From positions 64,108,001 through 64,172,000 of the forward strand of contig CM097883.1 in the NCBI GenBank assembly GCA_044892505.1: a stretch of DNA of 64,000 bases. The letters run 5' to 3'. Source of the DNA: Schmidtea nova. Its lineage: Eukaryota. Made by a program: the position numbers and the translations under genes. This document shows, piece by piece, positions 22,701 through 32,320 of this stretch (positions are counted from its first letter, which is position 1; each line of letters begins with the position of its first letter). The notes beneath the pieces are model-generated. The model saw only the letters and a list, made by a program, of their open reading frames with translations. It did no database searches and had not been told where the DNA came from.

Positions 22701-25700
22701 GTTCTTTTCCTTTTGCTGATACAATGTGACCTAAGAATGTCACTTTCTCTTTTGCCCAATCGCACTTTGACGGCTTTAATTTCAGTTTCCATTGCCTTAA
22801 TTTCACGAACACATTTCTGATGTCTTGCAAGTGGTCTTCAAATGTTGCGGAGTAGATCAATAGATCGTCAATATACACCATGCATTGCTTTATGCCATGT
22901 GTTACGAAATTCATGCATCTCTGGAATGATGCTGGCGCGTTTGTTAACCCAAACGGCATTTTCTTGAATTGGTACAGATCTCGTCCGATTGTAAATGCTG
23001 TCTTCTCTTTATCCTCGTCTTTCATTTTGATCTGCCAATATCCGCTCTTTAAATCCAGTGACGTGAAATAGGCTGCTCCTTGTAACGTCAACAACATTTC
23101 GTTTATGTCTGGCAGTGGGTACGTATCTCTTTTCGTAACTGCGTTCAATCGTCTGTAATCGATACAGAATCTCTGAGTTCCATCCTTCTTTTTCACCATC
23201 ACCACCGGGAATTGCCAGGGTGAGCAACTAGGTTCGATGACCTCTGCATCTAACATCTTTTGTACCTCTTCTTCTGCCACTGCTTTTTGAGCTTCTGCCA
23301 ATTTATATGGTCGTAATGCGATTGGCGTTTCGTCCGTCAACGGTATCGTGTGCAATGTTACATCACATGTTCCTAAATCTAGATCCGATGCTGCGAATAT
23401 ATCTTTATATTCCATCAACAGTTTCTGTAACTGTTCTTTTTGTCGTTCGTCTAACAACACACTGTCGATTTTCCATGGTAACTCGTCTTTGTTTTTCTCG
23501 TTCTTGTCTGGTATTTCGATCTCGGACATGGGTGTCAATTTACCCAATCTCTCATTCTCGTATATTATCTTGTCCTCTTCGTCGAAATTTACCAGATTAA
23601 TTGGTATCTCACCTTCTTGGTTTATCGTAACCAATTCTCTTGCCATTGGTAATTCCTTCTTCGCTTCGAACTTCTTACTTGGTTCGAATACCATATCTCC
23701 CTTTATTGTTGAATCGATCTTGACATAACACATCATTTCATGTCTCGCTGGCACTACTATTTGTTCTGCACTTGCCACTTTAACTTTCATTCTGCAGATT
23801 TTTCCTGTTCTGTCTTTTAGTTTCATTGCTCCTAGATCGATTACGATTTCCTTGAACAGGTCTGGCATCAGGTCAGTTCCAATAATACATGGTACACTCA
23901 GCGATGGTATTACAGCGATGTACGTGTTGATCTCTGCACCTCGATGCTTAATTTTTACAAACCATCTTCCGGCTACTTCTACCGTCTCTTGACTGCACGC
24001 GATTACATGTACATTCGTTTTCTCAATTTCTCCTTGGTTTTTCTCTGGTATATAATTGATGTCGATTGCCGAAATATTCGCGCCTGTATCGATCATAGCT
24101 TCAATTTCTCTTCCGTTTATTTCTACGGTTGTTGTTAAAATCGGTCCCATGTTTGTGGACATAACCGCTATCGTGTGCGTGTCTTCTAACGAGTTTACGC
24201 TTCCGCCTCGTTTTACTTTGCATCCTTCTGGAATTATCGGGTATATACTTGTCATCGGCATCATCTGCATCATATTCGGCTTCGCTTTGTATATTGGTTC
24301 GTTATACATTGATTGGGGTGGAGCACTGTATCTCCAATTCTCAACTGCACTCTTTTCGTTATACTGTGGAATCTGGTTTATATTCGCTTGTCCTCCTTGG
24401 TCGTCATCGTCATCATCATTACTTGAGTCATCCTGCGTTCGATATCCCCTCACTCTTTCCCATAATCCTTTCCTTTCTTTCTTTAGTTGTCGCCTTGCTT
24501 GCTCGTCTTGCATTATCTTTTTGAATTTCCTTCCGACATCTTCGTTTGTTCCTTTCATTTTTGCGAGTATCTTCAACAATCTTTTTATTCGATGTATGTC
24601 TTTTGAGTGTCCGTGTAACACCATCGTTTTCGCAAGGAATGGTAAAAACCCTACTACCATTTTCCAATTCACTTTCTTTTCTCTCTTGTAGATATCAAAA
24701 CACGCTAACATTTGCGTTATTATCACTCTGACGATTTGTATTATCAGTATAACCCCCAGTATTCCAGCCATCATTTGTCCGAATATTAGGAATCTTCCCC
24801 ACATTGCCTTCATCATATTTTCTGTGGCTTTCTTGAAATGTGCCGGTGACAACAGCAGTTCGTAATTCGGTCCTTCTCGATAATTCGTTCCTCCCGTTAT
24901 CGTTACGATATTTGACAGTAATGCTTCTCTTCTTGCCGGGAATAATATATTCTGCCTTGCTGCTTCTAAATCTTTTGGACTATAGATTCCGTTGTTTGAG
25001 ACATCTACGTCACTGAACTGTCTATCCTTTGACAACTGCATTAGCTCAAATTCTCTTGGTGCTAATACTTCGGTTCTTCCTGGGAACATTACCCATTTGC
25101 CATCTGGTTTCTGATAAAGCGGTCCGTACGCATTACTACAGTTGAATGGATTTGGTTCAAACCCTGGTGGATTGATGATTCTCGTCACCGGTTGAACGTA
25201 TCGTACTTTTCCTTTATAATCGATTTCTAATTCATTTGTACATTGTCCAGGTTTCAACTGCGTTGTTGCTGCTAGCGATGCGTGGGTCTTTTCGCAAATG
25301 TATACGTACATTGCTTCTCCTACCACTCTTCCGAAATGTCCTTCTCTCAGTGGTAATAATGGCATTGCGCTATCTGGATTCGTAATCGCTACGGCCAACT
25401 TTGTCTTCAATATTTCTCGATTCAGTATACAATCGTTATTTATCAGATCATAGTACACTTTTTGCAATGAGGCTTGACCTCTATGGAATAAGAAATCCAT
25501 TTTATTATTCACATACAAGTGTAGCTTGATATCCATTGTGTCGATCTTGGGTTTCGCATTCGGCACTTCTTGTTTCGACACGTATATTCCTGGATAGTTT
25601 GTTTCGTATACTGTTGTACTGCACTTAAGGGTTGCTTTCCCTTTTATGAATCTCATGCCCACATCCTGATTTGTGGTTATCAACACTGTTGGTGTGGTTC

Positions 25701-28700
25701 TCATCTCTATCCGTTTTTCTCTATGATCGGGTTTCAATTGTCTTTTATTCTCTAAAGCTTCCTTGAGATGTTTTGCTCTAGCCTTGTCATCATCGTCCTC
25801 TTCTTGGAACGTTTTTCCTTGAATTTCGTCGAACTTTGCTCCTTGTAGCAGTTGTAATTGACATTCGTTCCCCTTCGGTTTGTACACCAAAGTTGACATT
25901 CCCGTTTGACACATGCTTCTGTCAATTTTACACATGGATAACGTTTTCATTTCTCCTGTTGTCGGTTCGAAGAATGCTTCGTAGCTTTTCAGTTCGACTA
26001 TATACGTATCCATTACCACTAAGTTGGTTGCAGGTACTCCGAATATTGGGTAGGTTTCTCCTTGACAATATCCTTCTCCTCCCGTAATCCGTCCTGCTAC
26101 ATAATATGTCTGCTGCAACATCATTCCTGGCTTTCCTTTTATCTTGATTTTATCTCTCGTTGTCACTTCTCCATGTTTAAACAATGCTTCGCAGTCTTCT
26201 CCTTGCAACACGATTGGTTCTCTTTCGGTTCCTGGCATGACAATTGCCGAATAATGTCCTCTCCCACAATAGAATGCGAATCTCGTCTTCTGTACCTTGC
26301 ATTCATTCACCATTGTCTTTATGAGTTCTGCCTCTTGATACACGTGGTACCATTGTTCCTTTTTGATCTCTTTTAATTCTACTGGAGTTGCATCTTTGCA
26401 TTGCTCCGTACCTCTCAATGAGTACTTTTCTCCTAACTTCATTTGATCACAATCAAATACCTCAAATGTTGTTACACCTTCCGTGCTTAACAACCATACT
26501 AACATCATCATGATTATCGAGTTTAAATTCAACGTCGATCTTCCGTTTCCTTGCATCGTTTGTCTATTCTCCATTTCTCTCAATACTCCTTCAAGTTTCT
26601 TTCTCATCACGTTTGAACCCTCTTTTGTCTGGTTCTCTTTTATGAACTTTTCCCATCCTCCTTTCCTGAGGATATATGGTTCAATTTCTTTCTCGATAAT
26701 CATCGCCGTATTTTTAATATGTCTTCCCATCGGACTTGACTTCGGGCTTCCTCGGCTTAGCGTTAACAAATTGTATATCGTATACGAGATTGCTACTAGA
26801 TATTTGCTGTCCGTTTCTGCTCCGTTTAGTAGCCTTTTTACCAACGTCGTGGTTCCTTGCCAATCTAGATGATTCGATTTTGTTTTCGCCTTGATCAGTT
26901 CTGGCATAATCGGTGCTATCGCGTTGTGTAGCATCCTTGCCTTCGTACCGGGTTCGTTTATCCGCCACAGATTCTTTAATTCTGGGTCAATTATCGCTAA
27001 TACATCCATTATCGTTTTGGTGAGCCATTCTTCTCCTTGGCAGACTTGATTCTCCTCTTTTCCTCTGATTTCTGCGATTTTATCTAATTTCTTCAAGCAA
27101 ATCTCCCATTGCTCTTGTCTCCTTTCTTCTCTTGTCTTTGGAATTGCTGTTGTTGGGTCTATCTTTGGTCTTCCTCTTGGTCGTTTTTCCATTCCGGTTC
27201 CTGTTTCTACCAATCTCGATGTTCTTCCGGTTTCTTCCGTAACATCTATTCCTTCGTTTGCTCGTTGTTCTAACCATCTTTCCATTTCTTGAGTAAACTG
27301 TGGTTGTTCTTGCTCGTCCTCCGAATCGTTTACCATTTCTATGACTACCTCCTGTTCCACTCCTTGATCGTCGATTTCTGCTGGTGACGTTATTGGCATC
27401 TCTATTATTCTGTCGAAAATATTCGCCGTTGGTTTTTGAGTCAACTTCGTTAGTTCTTCTATCGCCTCATCACTATCTGTTAGTATCTCATCCACGTCAT
27501 ACGCTTCTGGTGGTGTTCTCTCTCTCGTTTTTATTGGTGTTGTCCTTGCTTGTCCCGAACTTGTTCCTGGGGTCATTGTTGACTTCATCGGACTTGGTGT
27601 ACTCATGCTTCCTTTCGCTTTCTTTTCCTCTTTAAACTTCAGTGGTTGACCCACTATTTGTGCCACTGTTAGCGTATTCATTAGATCCAATTGCACTGGT
27701 GTCAGCCAGATTTCCAAATTGTTATCCAACGATCGTCCTTGATGTTGCAGGTGGAATGGTAGTTCGTACATCAGTTTCTCTTTAACACTTTTCACTTTTT
27801 CCGTTAGCATCACCCAAAACTCTTCTTTTCTCTGATTCGGATACATTATCCTCAAATGTATCTTCTGTGGCGTTTCCTCCGCGAATTCTCTGTTTCTCCA
27901 CTTTTTTATTACATCGTCTAGTTGCTCTGGACACCACTCGTTAACTCTCTTGTATTCTACTATCGCTTTAGCTACTTTTCTCAAGTTCGTCATGTCTTCT
28001 CCATTTGTGATTATGAATTGTGCTAAGCCTTTTATTGTTTGTCTTTTTCCCCGAGTATTTCCTCTCAACAGCTCGATCAATTCACTTGTTTTCTGTTTCT
28101 CCAATTCTGCCCATATTACTGCAGTTTCTGGTCCGTCTAAGTCCGTTGGTAATATTCTCCTTGTTACCATACATATCCGTTTCGTATTCGTTTCGTATCT
28201 GTCTTCTCCTTCCGGATCTTCTTCATACACGCCTCTTTTCACTTTCCAACATTTCTCTTTGTTATCCCATTGCTTCTCTACTGGCGTCAATCGTCGTCTG
28301 TTAAGATCCAATTCTCCCAATATTGTCTCCCATTCTGGCTTCATCTGCCAGTTCCGATAGATTTCTACTATCTGTCTCAACTTGCGCATAACGTCCTCTT
28401 GTCGTTTCTTTCTCTTTCCTTCATCTTTTGTAGTTATCCTCGGCACATCATCCATTCTGATGACGTGTATTGTCTGATAATTATCCCATATGCCGATTTT
28501 GTACGCTCGTCTTTCGTCTCGTTCGTTCAGTAGATGTTCTTTGTATTTTATAGCGATGTCATCCTCGAATTCGTCTTCTCGTTCTTGTTGTAATATCGTC
28601 TCATTGATGACATCTACTATTTCTCCCACTTTACTATCTGGTATTACCTCAATTTGTCTTGTCTCTTCGTTTGGTAATCTCACGGTAATATTCAGATCTG

Positions 28701-31443
28701 ATACCTCTCCTCGTTTGAATATTTCTTTTCCCATCTTTGCGATTAGCTTATCCGTTTTGAAATTTGAATGTCTCGTTTGACTTGTATCTCGTATGTTCTC
28801 GATACACTGTTTCAAATTCTCATACTCGCTTTTCGTCAATTCCTTTCGATGTTTCTTGATTTGTTGGATGATCTGTTCTATCATCGTATTCAAATTCTCC
28901 GCCAGGATTCTTTCCTTTGCCTCTAGCAACTGAGGTTTTATTCTCATCTCATAACACATATTCGCTTCTTTGACGATCCTTTGTAAGTTCTCTTCCTTTT
29001 TGGTGTTGCATATAGATAACGTCGTTATTTCTCCTGGCCAGATGCCTGTGTCTATCATATGCGTTCCTTTTCTCACCAATCCGTTTTCCGAATATATGAA
29101 TTTGACTTTGTACGAGCTTCCCAATCTGTCCTCAACCCATCTGTAAATTCCATCCGTCATTGGGTTCCTTATCCAGATTCTCGGTGAACACTCGTTTGTC
29201 CATATTTGTATTACGTATTCGTTGAGTGGTTCTTTCAATAACTTCTCTATGAACTCTTGTATTACTCTCACTTCTCTTTCTTGTAACCACTCTTTATACT
29301 TCATCTGCCATACTGCTCGTATAAACTTTCGATATCGTTTCGTGTCGATAAACTCCTCGTTATGGATTACTTCCAACGCGTTATCCATCAGCTTCTGAAT
29401 TTCGTCTTCCTTTACTGACAATGTTTCTATTGTCTCGACTACTTCCATCTTTTTATCCTCGTTTTCCGGTTCCTTTAGCATGTCTCCTGCCAGACTGCTA
29501 ACTTCGCTGTCGTCTTCTTCATCTGACAACTCTTGTCTTGGGTGTCTCAGCATCCCAATATGCGCGGTTGGTCTCGCTTTGTTTTTGCTAACTTCTTGTA
29601 TTAGTTCATTCTCGTTTCCTGTTACTTCAGCTTTTCCCATTCTTTTCTCCAATTCATCTATTTCTTCCAACCGTCTTCGTCTTATTTTTCCCTTGAATAT
29701 TCGACTGATCCGAGTTTGATGTTTTACTGGTGGTGGGATTTTCTCCGGTTCCACCTCTCTGATGATCATCACGTTTATTTTCGTCTCTGTTACTCCCATA
29801 TCTTCCCATATATCGGTCATCTTTAACTTCACTTCTGGCAAATCCTCTGTTTGTAGGAATGCTTCTCTGGGCAGTTTCGTTATTCCCGGAATCATCTCAT
29901 TTACTTTATTGAACAGTCTTCCCACTTCTTCTTTTACATCATATTTGAATCGCCACACGTGATCATTCGGCATGATCACCAACATTCCTCTTTGTTTGAT
30001 TCTCACTTCCTCTTCTTGATTCGTTTCTTTTTCTCCTTCTTTTTCTGTTTCTGTTTCTTTTTCTACCTCTTCATCCTTTTGATTCTGCTCCGCGACTTCT
30101 ACTTCCTGATTCACTTCTTCTTGTTTCTGCTCTTCGTTTCTTTTCTCTTTAACTTCTAACTCGTCTGACTCATCCTGCTGCTTCTCTTCCATCATTGCTC
30201 GCATCATGTTGATCCTTGGATTTCCCTTCTTTAACTGTTGTAACCGTTGTTGTCTGACTTGTTCCTCTTCTCGTCGTATTCTAGCCCATTCTTGATTATG
30301 TTTCTGTTGGCTTTCTCTATTTTCTCTTTCGGCCTCAGCTTCTATTAACTGGATCATGTTTATCTTTGGTTGAGCAGCTTGTTGGCTTCCCTTTGCCATG
30401 CTTTCGATTATCTCGTGTAATCTAGACACCTCCTGTCTCAACTTAGCTTCTTTCATACTGGCTTCATTTGCACTGTTATTTGGGTTGTTCCGTTGTTGGC
30501 CTTGATTCCCATAGCTTGGTCGGTTTCCGTAATTCTGTCTATTTCCACTGTTTGACCAACTTCTCTGTTGATTACAGTCTCTTGACATGTGTCCGGTTTT
30601 TCCACATGTGTAACACGTTTTCCCATAACATCGATTCTCTGAGTGACCTTTTTGTCCACACAGTTTACAGGCTACATTCTGAAAACACTCTTGTTGCCAA
30701 TGTCCGTTTTTTCCACATGTCTGACATTGCCTATTCTGCCTGTCATTGTAACTATTTCCTCCATTCGTGTTCACCGTGATATATCCGTTATTCTTTCTCG
30801 CTGGCGGTTCTTTGAACAATCTCTGCGAATGGGGAATACTTTGATTCATGTTTCTTTTTCCTTGTTCTTCATCTTCTGTCGTTTTTCCCATTACCGCCGT
30901 AATTCTCATGTCGTTCATTTCCATATGCAATTCGAATAGGTTGGCTGCTTCCAACGCTTCATCCACTGTTTTACATCCTTTGCATCCCACTTGTGCTCTG
31001 ATGTCAGGTCTCCTGAGACCTCGTACGAATAACGCTGTCATCAATTCTTCGTCTACTGGGCTTCCTCTGTTGAACGCCAGTTTCGCCAACTTTCTTAATT
31101 CACTTGCGTACACCGCATTTGACTCATTTCTCCTTTGTTTTCTTGCTGAGAACTCATCGAATGCTTCATTCAGCACTTTGTTTATCCCAAACGTCTGTTG
31201 GAAGAACTCCTTGATCGCTTCCCACGTTCTGGGTGGATTACTTCCCGATCTCTTCTCAATATACAGATCCAATGCGCTATCTTTCAAGTATAGCGGGATT
31301 CGATTCGCTAACGTTTCTGCACTCCATCCGCATATATCCACGAATATGCCAAATTCCTTCAGGAACGTGTCCAATCTACTGGCGTCTCCATTAAATGGTT
31401 CGCCCTTGAATTTTTCTCTTAGATCCTCTCTGTGATCACTCAT
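19765..31443 (-). CDS. gag-pol: Gag-accessory-Env-Pol-ankyrin polyprotein (3892 aa)
   Basis: Single uninterrupted ORF containing all the domains listed below. Confidence 0.95.
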   Translation of the reverse strand: MSDHREDLREKFKGEPFNGDASRLDTFLKEFGIFVDICGWSAETLANRIPLYLKDSALDLYIEKRSGSNPPRTWEAIKEFFQQTFGINKVLNEAFDEFSARKQRRNESNAVYASELRKLAKLAFNRGSPVDEELMTALFVRGLRRPDIRAQVGCKGCKTVDEALEAANLFELHMEMNDMRITAVMGKTTEDEEQGKRNMNQSIPHSQRLFKEPPARKNNGYITVNTNGGNSYNDRQNRQCQTCGKNGHWQQECFQNVACKLCGQKGHSENRCYGKTCYTCGKTGHMSRDCNQQRSWSNSGNRQNYGNRPSYGNQGQQRNNPNNSANEASMKEAKLRQEVSRLHEIIESMAKGSQQAAQPKINMIQLIEAEAERENRESQQKHNQEWARIRREEEQVRQQRLQQLKKGNPRINMMRAMMEEKQQDESDELEVKEKRNEEQKQEEVNQEVEVAEQNQKDEEVEKETETEKEGEKETNQEEEVRIKQRGMLVIMPNDHVWRFKYDVKEEVGRLFNKVNEMIPGITKLPREAFLQTEDLPEVKLKMTDIWEDMGVTETKINVMIIREVEPEKIPPPVKHQTRISRIFKGKIRRRRLEEIDELEKRMGKAEVTGNENELIQEVSKNKARPTAHIGMLRHPRQELSDEEDDSEVSSLAGDMLKEPENEDKKMEVVETIETLSVKEDEIQKLMDNALEVIHNEEFIDTKRYRKFIRAVWQMKYKEWLQEREVRVIQEFIEKLLKEPLNEYVIQIWTNECSPRIWIRNPMTDGIYRWVEDRLGSSYKVKFIYSENGLVRKGTHMIDTGIWPGEITTLSICNTKKEENLQRIVKEANMCYEMRIKPQLLEAKERILAENLNTMIEQIIQQIKKHRKELTKSEYENLKQCIENIRDTSQTRHSNFKTDKLIAKMGKEIFKRGEVSDLNITVRLPNEETRQIEVIPDSKVGEIVDVINETILQQEREDEFEDDIAIKYKEHLLNERDERRAYKIGIWDNYQTIHVIRMDDVPRITTKDEGKRKKRQEDVMRKLRQIVEIYRNWQMKPEWETILGELDLNRRRLTPVEKQWDNKEKCWKVKRGVYEEDPEGEDRYETNTKRICMVTRRILPTDLDGPETAVIWAELEKQKTSELIELLRGNTRGKRQTIKGLAQFIITNGEDMTNLRKVAKAIVEYKRVNEWCPEQLDDVIKKWRNREFAEETPQKIHLRIMYPNQRKEEFWVMLTEKVKSVKEKLMYELPFHLQHQGRSLDNNLEIWLTPVQLDLMNTLTVAQIVGQPLKFKEEKKAKGSMSTPSPMKSTMTPGTSSGQARTTPIKTRERTPPEAYDVDEILTDSDEAIEELTKLTQKPTANIFDRIIEMPITSPAEIDDQGVEQEVVIEMVNDSEDEQEQPQFTQEMERWLEQRANEGIDVTEETGRTSRLVETGTGMEKRPRGRPKIDPTTAIPKTREERRQEQWEICLKKLDKIAEIRGKEENQVCQGEEWLTKTIMDVLAIIDPELKNLWRINEPGTKARMLHNAIAPIMPELIKAKTKSNHLDWQGTTTLVKRLLNGAETDSKYLVAISYTIYNLLTLSRGSPKSSPMGRHIKNTAMIIEKEIEPYILRKGGWEKFIKENQTKEGSNVMRKKLEGVLREMENRQTMQGNGRSTLNLNSIIMMMLVWLLSTEGVTTFEVFDCDQMKLGEKYSLRGTEQCKDATPVELKEIKKEQWYHVYQEAELIKTMVNECKVQKTRFAFYCGRGHYSAIVMPGTEREPIVLQGEDCEALFKHGEVTTRDKIKIKGKPGMMLQQTYYVAGRITGGEGYCQGETYPIFGVPATNLVVMDTYIVELKSYEAFFEPTTGEMKTLSMCKIDRSMCQTGMSTLVYKPKGNECQLQLLQGAKFDEIQGKTFQEEDDDDKARAKHLKEALENKRQLKPDHREKRIEMRTTPTVLITTNQDVGMRFIKGKATLKCSTTVYETNYPGIYVSKQEVPNAKPKIDTMDIKLHLYVNNKMDFLFHRGQASLQKVYYDLINNDCILNREILKTKLAVAITNPDSAMPLLPLREGHFGRVVGEAMYVYICEKTHASLAATTQLKPGQCTNELEIDYKGKVRYVQPVTRIINPPGFEPNPFNCSNAYGPLYQKPDGKWVMFPGRTEVLAPREFELMQLSKDRQFSDVDVSNNGIYSPKDLEAARQNILFPARREALLSNIVTITGGTNYREGPNYELLLSPAHFKKATENMMKAMWGRFLIFGQMMAGILGVILIIQIVRVIITQMLACFDIYKREKKVNWKMVVGFLPFLAKTMVLHGHSKDIHRIKRLLKILAKMKGTNEDVGRKFKKIMQDEQARRQLKKERKGLWERVRGYRTQDDSSNDDDDDDQGGQANINQIPQYNEKSAVENWRYSAPPQSMYNEPIYKAKPNMMQMMPMTSIYPIIPEGCKVKRGGSVNSLEDTHTIAVMSTNMGPILTTTVEINGREIEAMIDTGANISAIDINYIPEKNQGEIEKTNVHVIACSQETVEVAGRWFVKIKHRGAEINTYIAVIPSLSVPCIIGTDLMPDLFKEIVIDLGAMKLKDRTGKICRMKVKVASAEQIVVPARHEMMCYVKIDSTIKGDMVFEPSKKFEAKKELPMARELVTINQEGEIPINLVNFDEEDKIIYENERLGKLTPMSEIEIPDKNEKNKDELPWKIDSVLLDERQKEQLQKLLMEYKDIFAASDLDLGTCDVTLHTIPLTDETPIALRPYKLAEAQKAVAEEEVQKMLDAEVIEPSCSPWQFPVVMVKKKDGTQRFCIDYRRLNAVTKRDTYPLPDINEMLLTLQGAAYFTSLDLKSGYWQIKMKDEDKEKTAFTIGRDLYQFKKMPFGLTNAPASFQRCMNFVTHGIKQCMVYIDDLLIYSATFEDHLQDIRNVFVKLRQWKLKLKPSKCDWAKEKVTFLGHIVSAKGKEPDPRNIEKVKECPPPKTVTQIQEFLGLCGYYRKFIKDYAGISKPMQELVRQDVSFVWGAEQQAAFETLRDKLITAPILVHPDFKKPFLLATDASGYAAGAVLGQFDEEGKEKVIGYYSRTFRKHERNYSVTEREAYAIILAIKHFKYLLWGHEIYITTDHQPLVWLGQHKESSSRLMRWAMQLQEYSPFIKFKAGKANANADCMSRFTFPELVNLNALKICALIAEDLDFSELRKDQLEDEELGLISKYLKEREREIFGKNQTLREHMQKYQHRYVMEKGWLLIQDGERRLTCLPANRRKEIMTQYHDGKLGGHMSAKKTIGRLRQKYFWPTMEDDVKEWIKNCITCATRKNVGTKWKTPLKPMPIPAEPMATIAMDVVGPLPESLKGNQYILVVTDYLTKFPEAFAMPDQKAKTVARILVEEICCRYGTPKKILTDQGTNFMSEILDEVTNYFRIAKLRTSPYHPQTNGQTERFNGTLIRMLSNYVSKHQTDWDEYINLCLMAYRMSIHAATKLSPFQLMYGRDCNLPIDLEYQPPLSQYMEVDDYVTKFKERMQEIWKTAELNIKFYQESYKDLHDQKKNVKAHDLKVGDWVIIETPEIIPGTVKKLQRPGKGPYEITTVNQNNVRVRLVNNPLVRPIYVNACRCRKIPKTATLSPEKRVMTRSQTARINMLRVQQKPQTSLEDNRREIIDIKELAKRTREIIPEWKWWFDFNILSEVRKNVMEYAKDRTAHPITRTLLEEIPQTLNLQDKDGNTTLHNAIKHGGNEKVKEIVEMILEGGGEIDKVNWEGITPLMMMTIHGRNDEIIKLFGNTRSNWMAKDKEGRTFLNHAIDRANHRILKYITENATWEIDELTRGSIMKQAIGVNNSKTWRILLKWKRPEGDSWVIDCNEVFTRGENALLKHLLEVTYDPKTLAVLIARDTLRVSENPREYKLEDRKKELFGLIKKWCDKQWNPDMSFEHFYDIQKQHKEISKR
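20150..20470 (-). other. Ankyrin repeats fused after integrase
   Basis: DKDGNTTLHNAIKHG, NWEGITPLMMM, DKEGRTFLNHAI. Confidence 0.85.
20840..21800 (-). other. Integrase domain
   Basis: HHCC (HDGKLGGH..CITC), catalytic D,D(35)E (AMDVVGP, LTDQG, QTERFN) and GPY motif at ~20851. Confidence 0.97.
22085..22450 (-). other. RNase H domain
   Basis: TDASG, YSVTERE, TDHQPL, NANADCMSR. Confidence 0.97.
22600..23400 (-). other. Reverse transcriptase domain
   Basis: RFCIDYRRLN, LDLKSGYWQI, MPFGLTNAP and YIDD (22864-22875). Confidence 0.98.
23860..24150 (-). other. Aspartic protease domain
   Basis: AMIDTGANIS (DTG at 24082-24090) and IIGTD. Confidence 0.95.
24600..26533 (-). other. env: Chuvirus/herpes gB-like envelope glycoprotein domain
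   Basis: Signal-like IIMMMLVWLL; Cys pattern FDC..C..EC..YCG..C..G.C.G; YVNNK, VGEAMYVYIC, GIYSPKDL..ILFP motifs; furin REKR (25711-25722); TM at ~24700-24800. Confidence 0.85.
26640..27110 (-). other. Bcl-2-like domain
   Basis: BH2-like IEPYILRKGGWEKF, diverged BH1-like segment, helical spacing, followed by a hydrophobic segment. Confidence 0.7.
27163..27186 (-). other. AT-hook motif
   Basis: KRPRGRPK. Confidence 0.7.
27665..29995 (-). other. Up to four ubiquitin-like modules
   Basis: For example ITVRLPNEETRQIEVIPDSKVGEI..GIWDNYQTIHV and IHLRIMYPNQRKEEF..VKSVKEKL..QGRSLDNN, fitting the ubiquitin beta-grasp pattern. Confidence 0.5.
30574..30726 (-). other. Three CCHC zinc knuckles (nucleocapsid)
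   Basis: CQTCGKNGHWQQEC, CKLCGQKGHSENRC, CYTCGKTGHMSRDC. Confidence 0.97.
30900..31443 (-). other. gag: Gag capsid domain
   Basis: EPFNGD..FLKEF..GW..IPLYLKDSALDLY..TWEAIKEFF..RKQRRNES..YASEL..LAKLAF. Confidence 0.9.
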
Positions 31444-32320
31444 CCCGATTCCACTATCTTGGAATACTGTACTAGTTTTCTTTACTTCTAGTTCACCACT
31501 TGTTTCTGAATTCGACTCTTCTTCTTCGCTACTCTCTGTTTCGTTATCTCTTGATTCGCTTCTTGCTCTGTTTTCCCTGACTAGTTCACTGTCTATCGTC
31601 TCTACTTCGTTTTGTACTTCTAGATCTTCTGGGGTTTCTTCTTGATTCTCTTTATTACTCGAATTATCGCTGATCTCTACTTGTTTGTTCTTTTGTTGCT
31701 TAGGCTTGTTACCTGTTCTTGTCCTTTTTGCTGCTTTTCTTTCTGCTTCCGTTAAGATTGGTATTATACCTGATCTTGTTTCTCGTCCCTCAATTTTGTC
31801 TATTCCTCAACTTCCTATATTCTCAATTGATTTTCTACTCCGCTTTTGCTTTGCTTCTTCTTTGCTTTGTTTCCTTTGATTGCTCTGACTGCTAGATTGC
31901 TTTGGATTGCTTGATTGATTTGTTTCCTTAAAACAAATAATCACTTACACGATACGTCCCCGTTATCGTGTTTCTCGTCCCTCTCACGGGTGTAGTCATA
32001 ATTCATGAAGATCCCCATTTTTCCCATTTCCCTTGATTTTAAGTCTATTTAAATTATCTATGCAGTCGTATCAATTATCTATTCTTTATCAAATACACCA
32101 ATTACTTTTCCCCAGTTTCCCAATTACTTTGTCGCTCAGCGCTCTTATTATTCCCTTTACTTTTCTCAGGCTTCTCTGGCTCTGAGTTCAAATCTCCCCT
32201 TATCTGTCAACTACTCTATTTCCCAACTATTCGCTTTATCTCCTATTCGCACTACGTTTACAACTTCATTTCAATTCTCATCTCTACTCACCTTTAATTC
32301 AACTGACGTCTCTCGTTGGC

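Noticed and set aside
23510-23790. dUTPase between protease and RT
   Set aside because: Only the degenerate spacer common in Gypsy Pol; catalytic motifs not seen.
28020-28110. SAP/LEM-like motif (ELEKQKTSELIELLR)
   Set aside because: Match too weak to call without a profile search.
13423-31879. Many plus-strand F/L/S-rich ORFs
   Set aside because: Antisense shadows of purine-rich minus-strand coding sequence.
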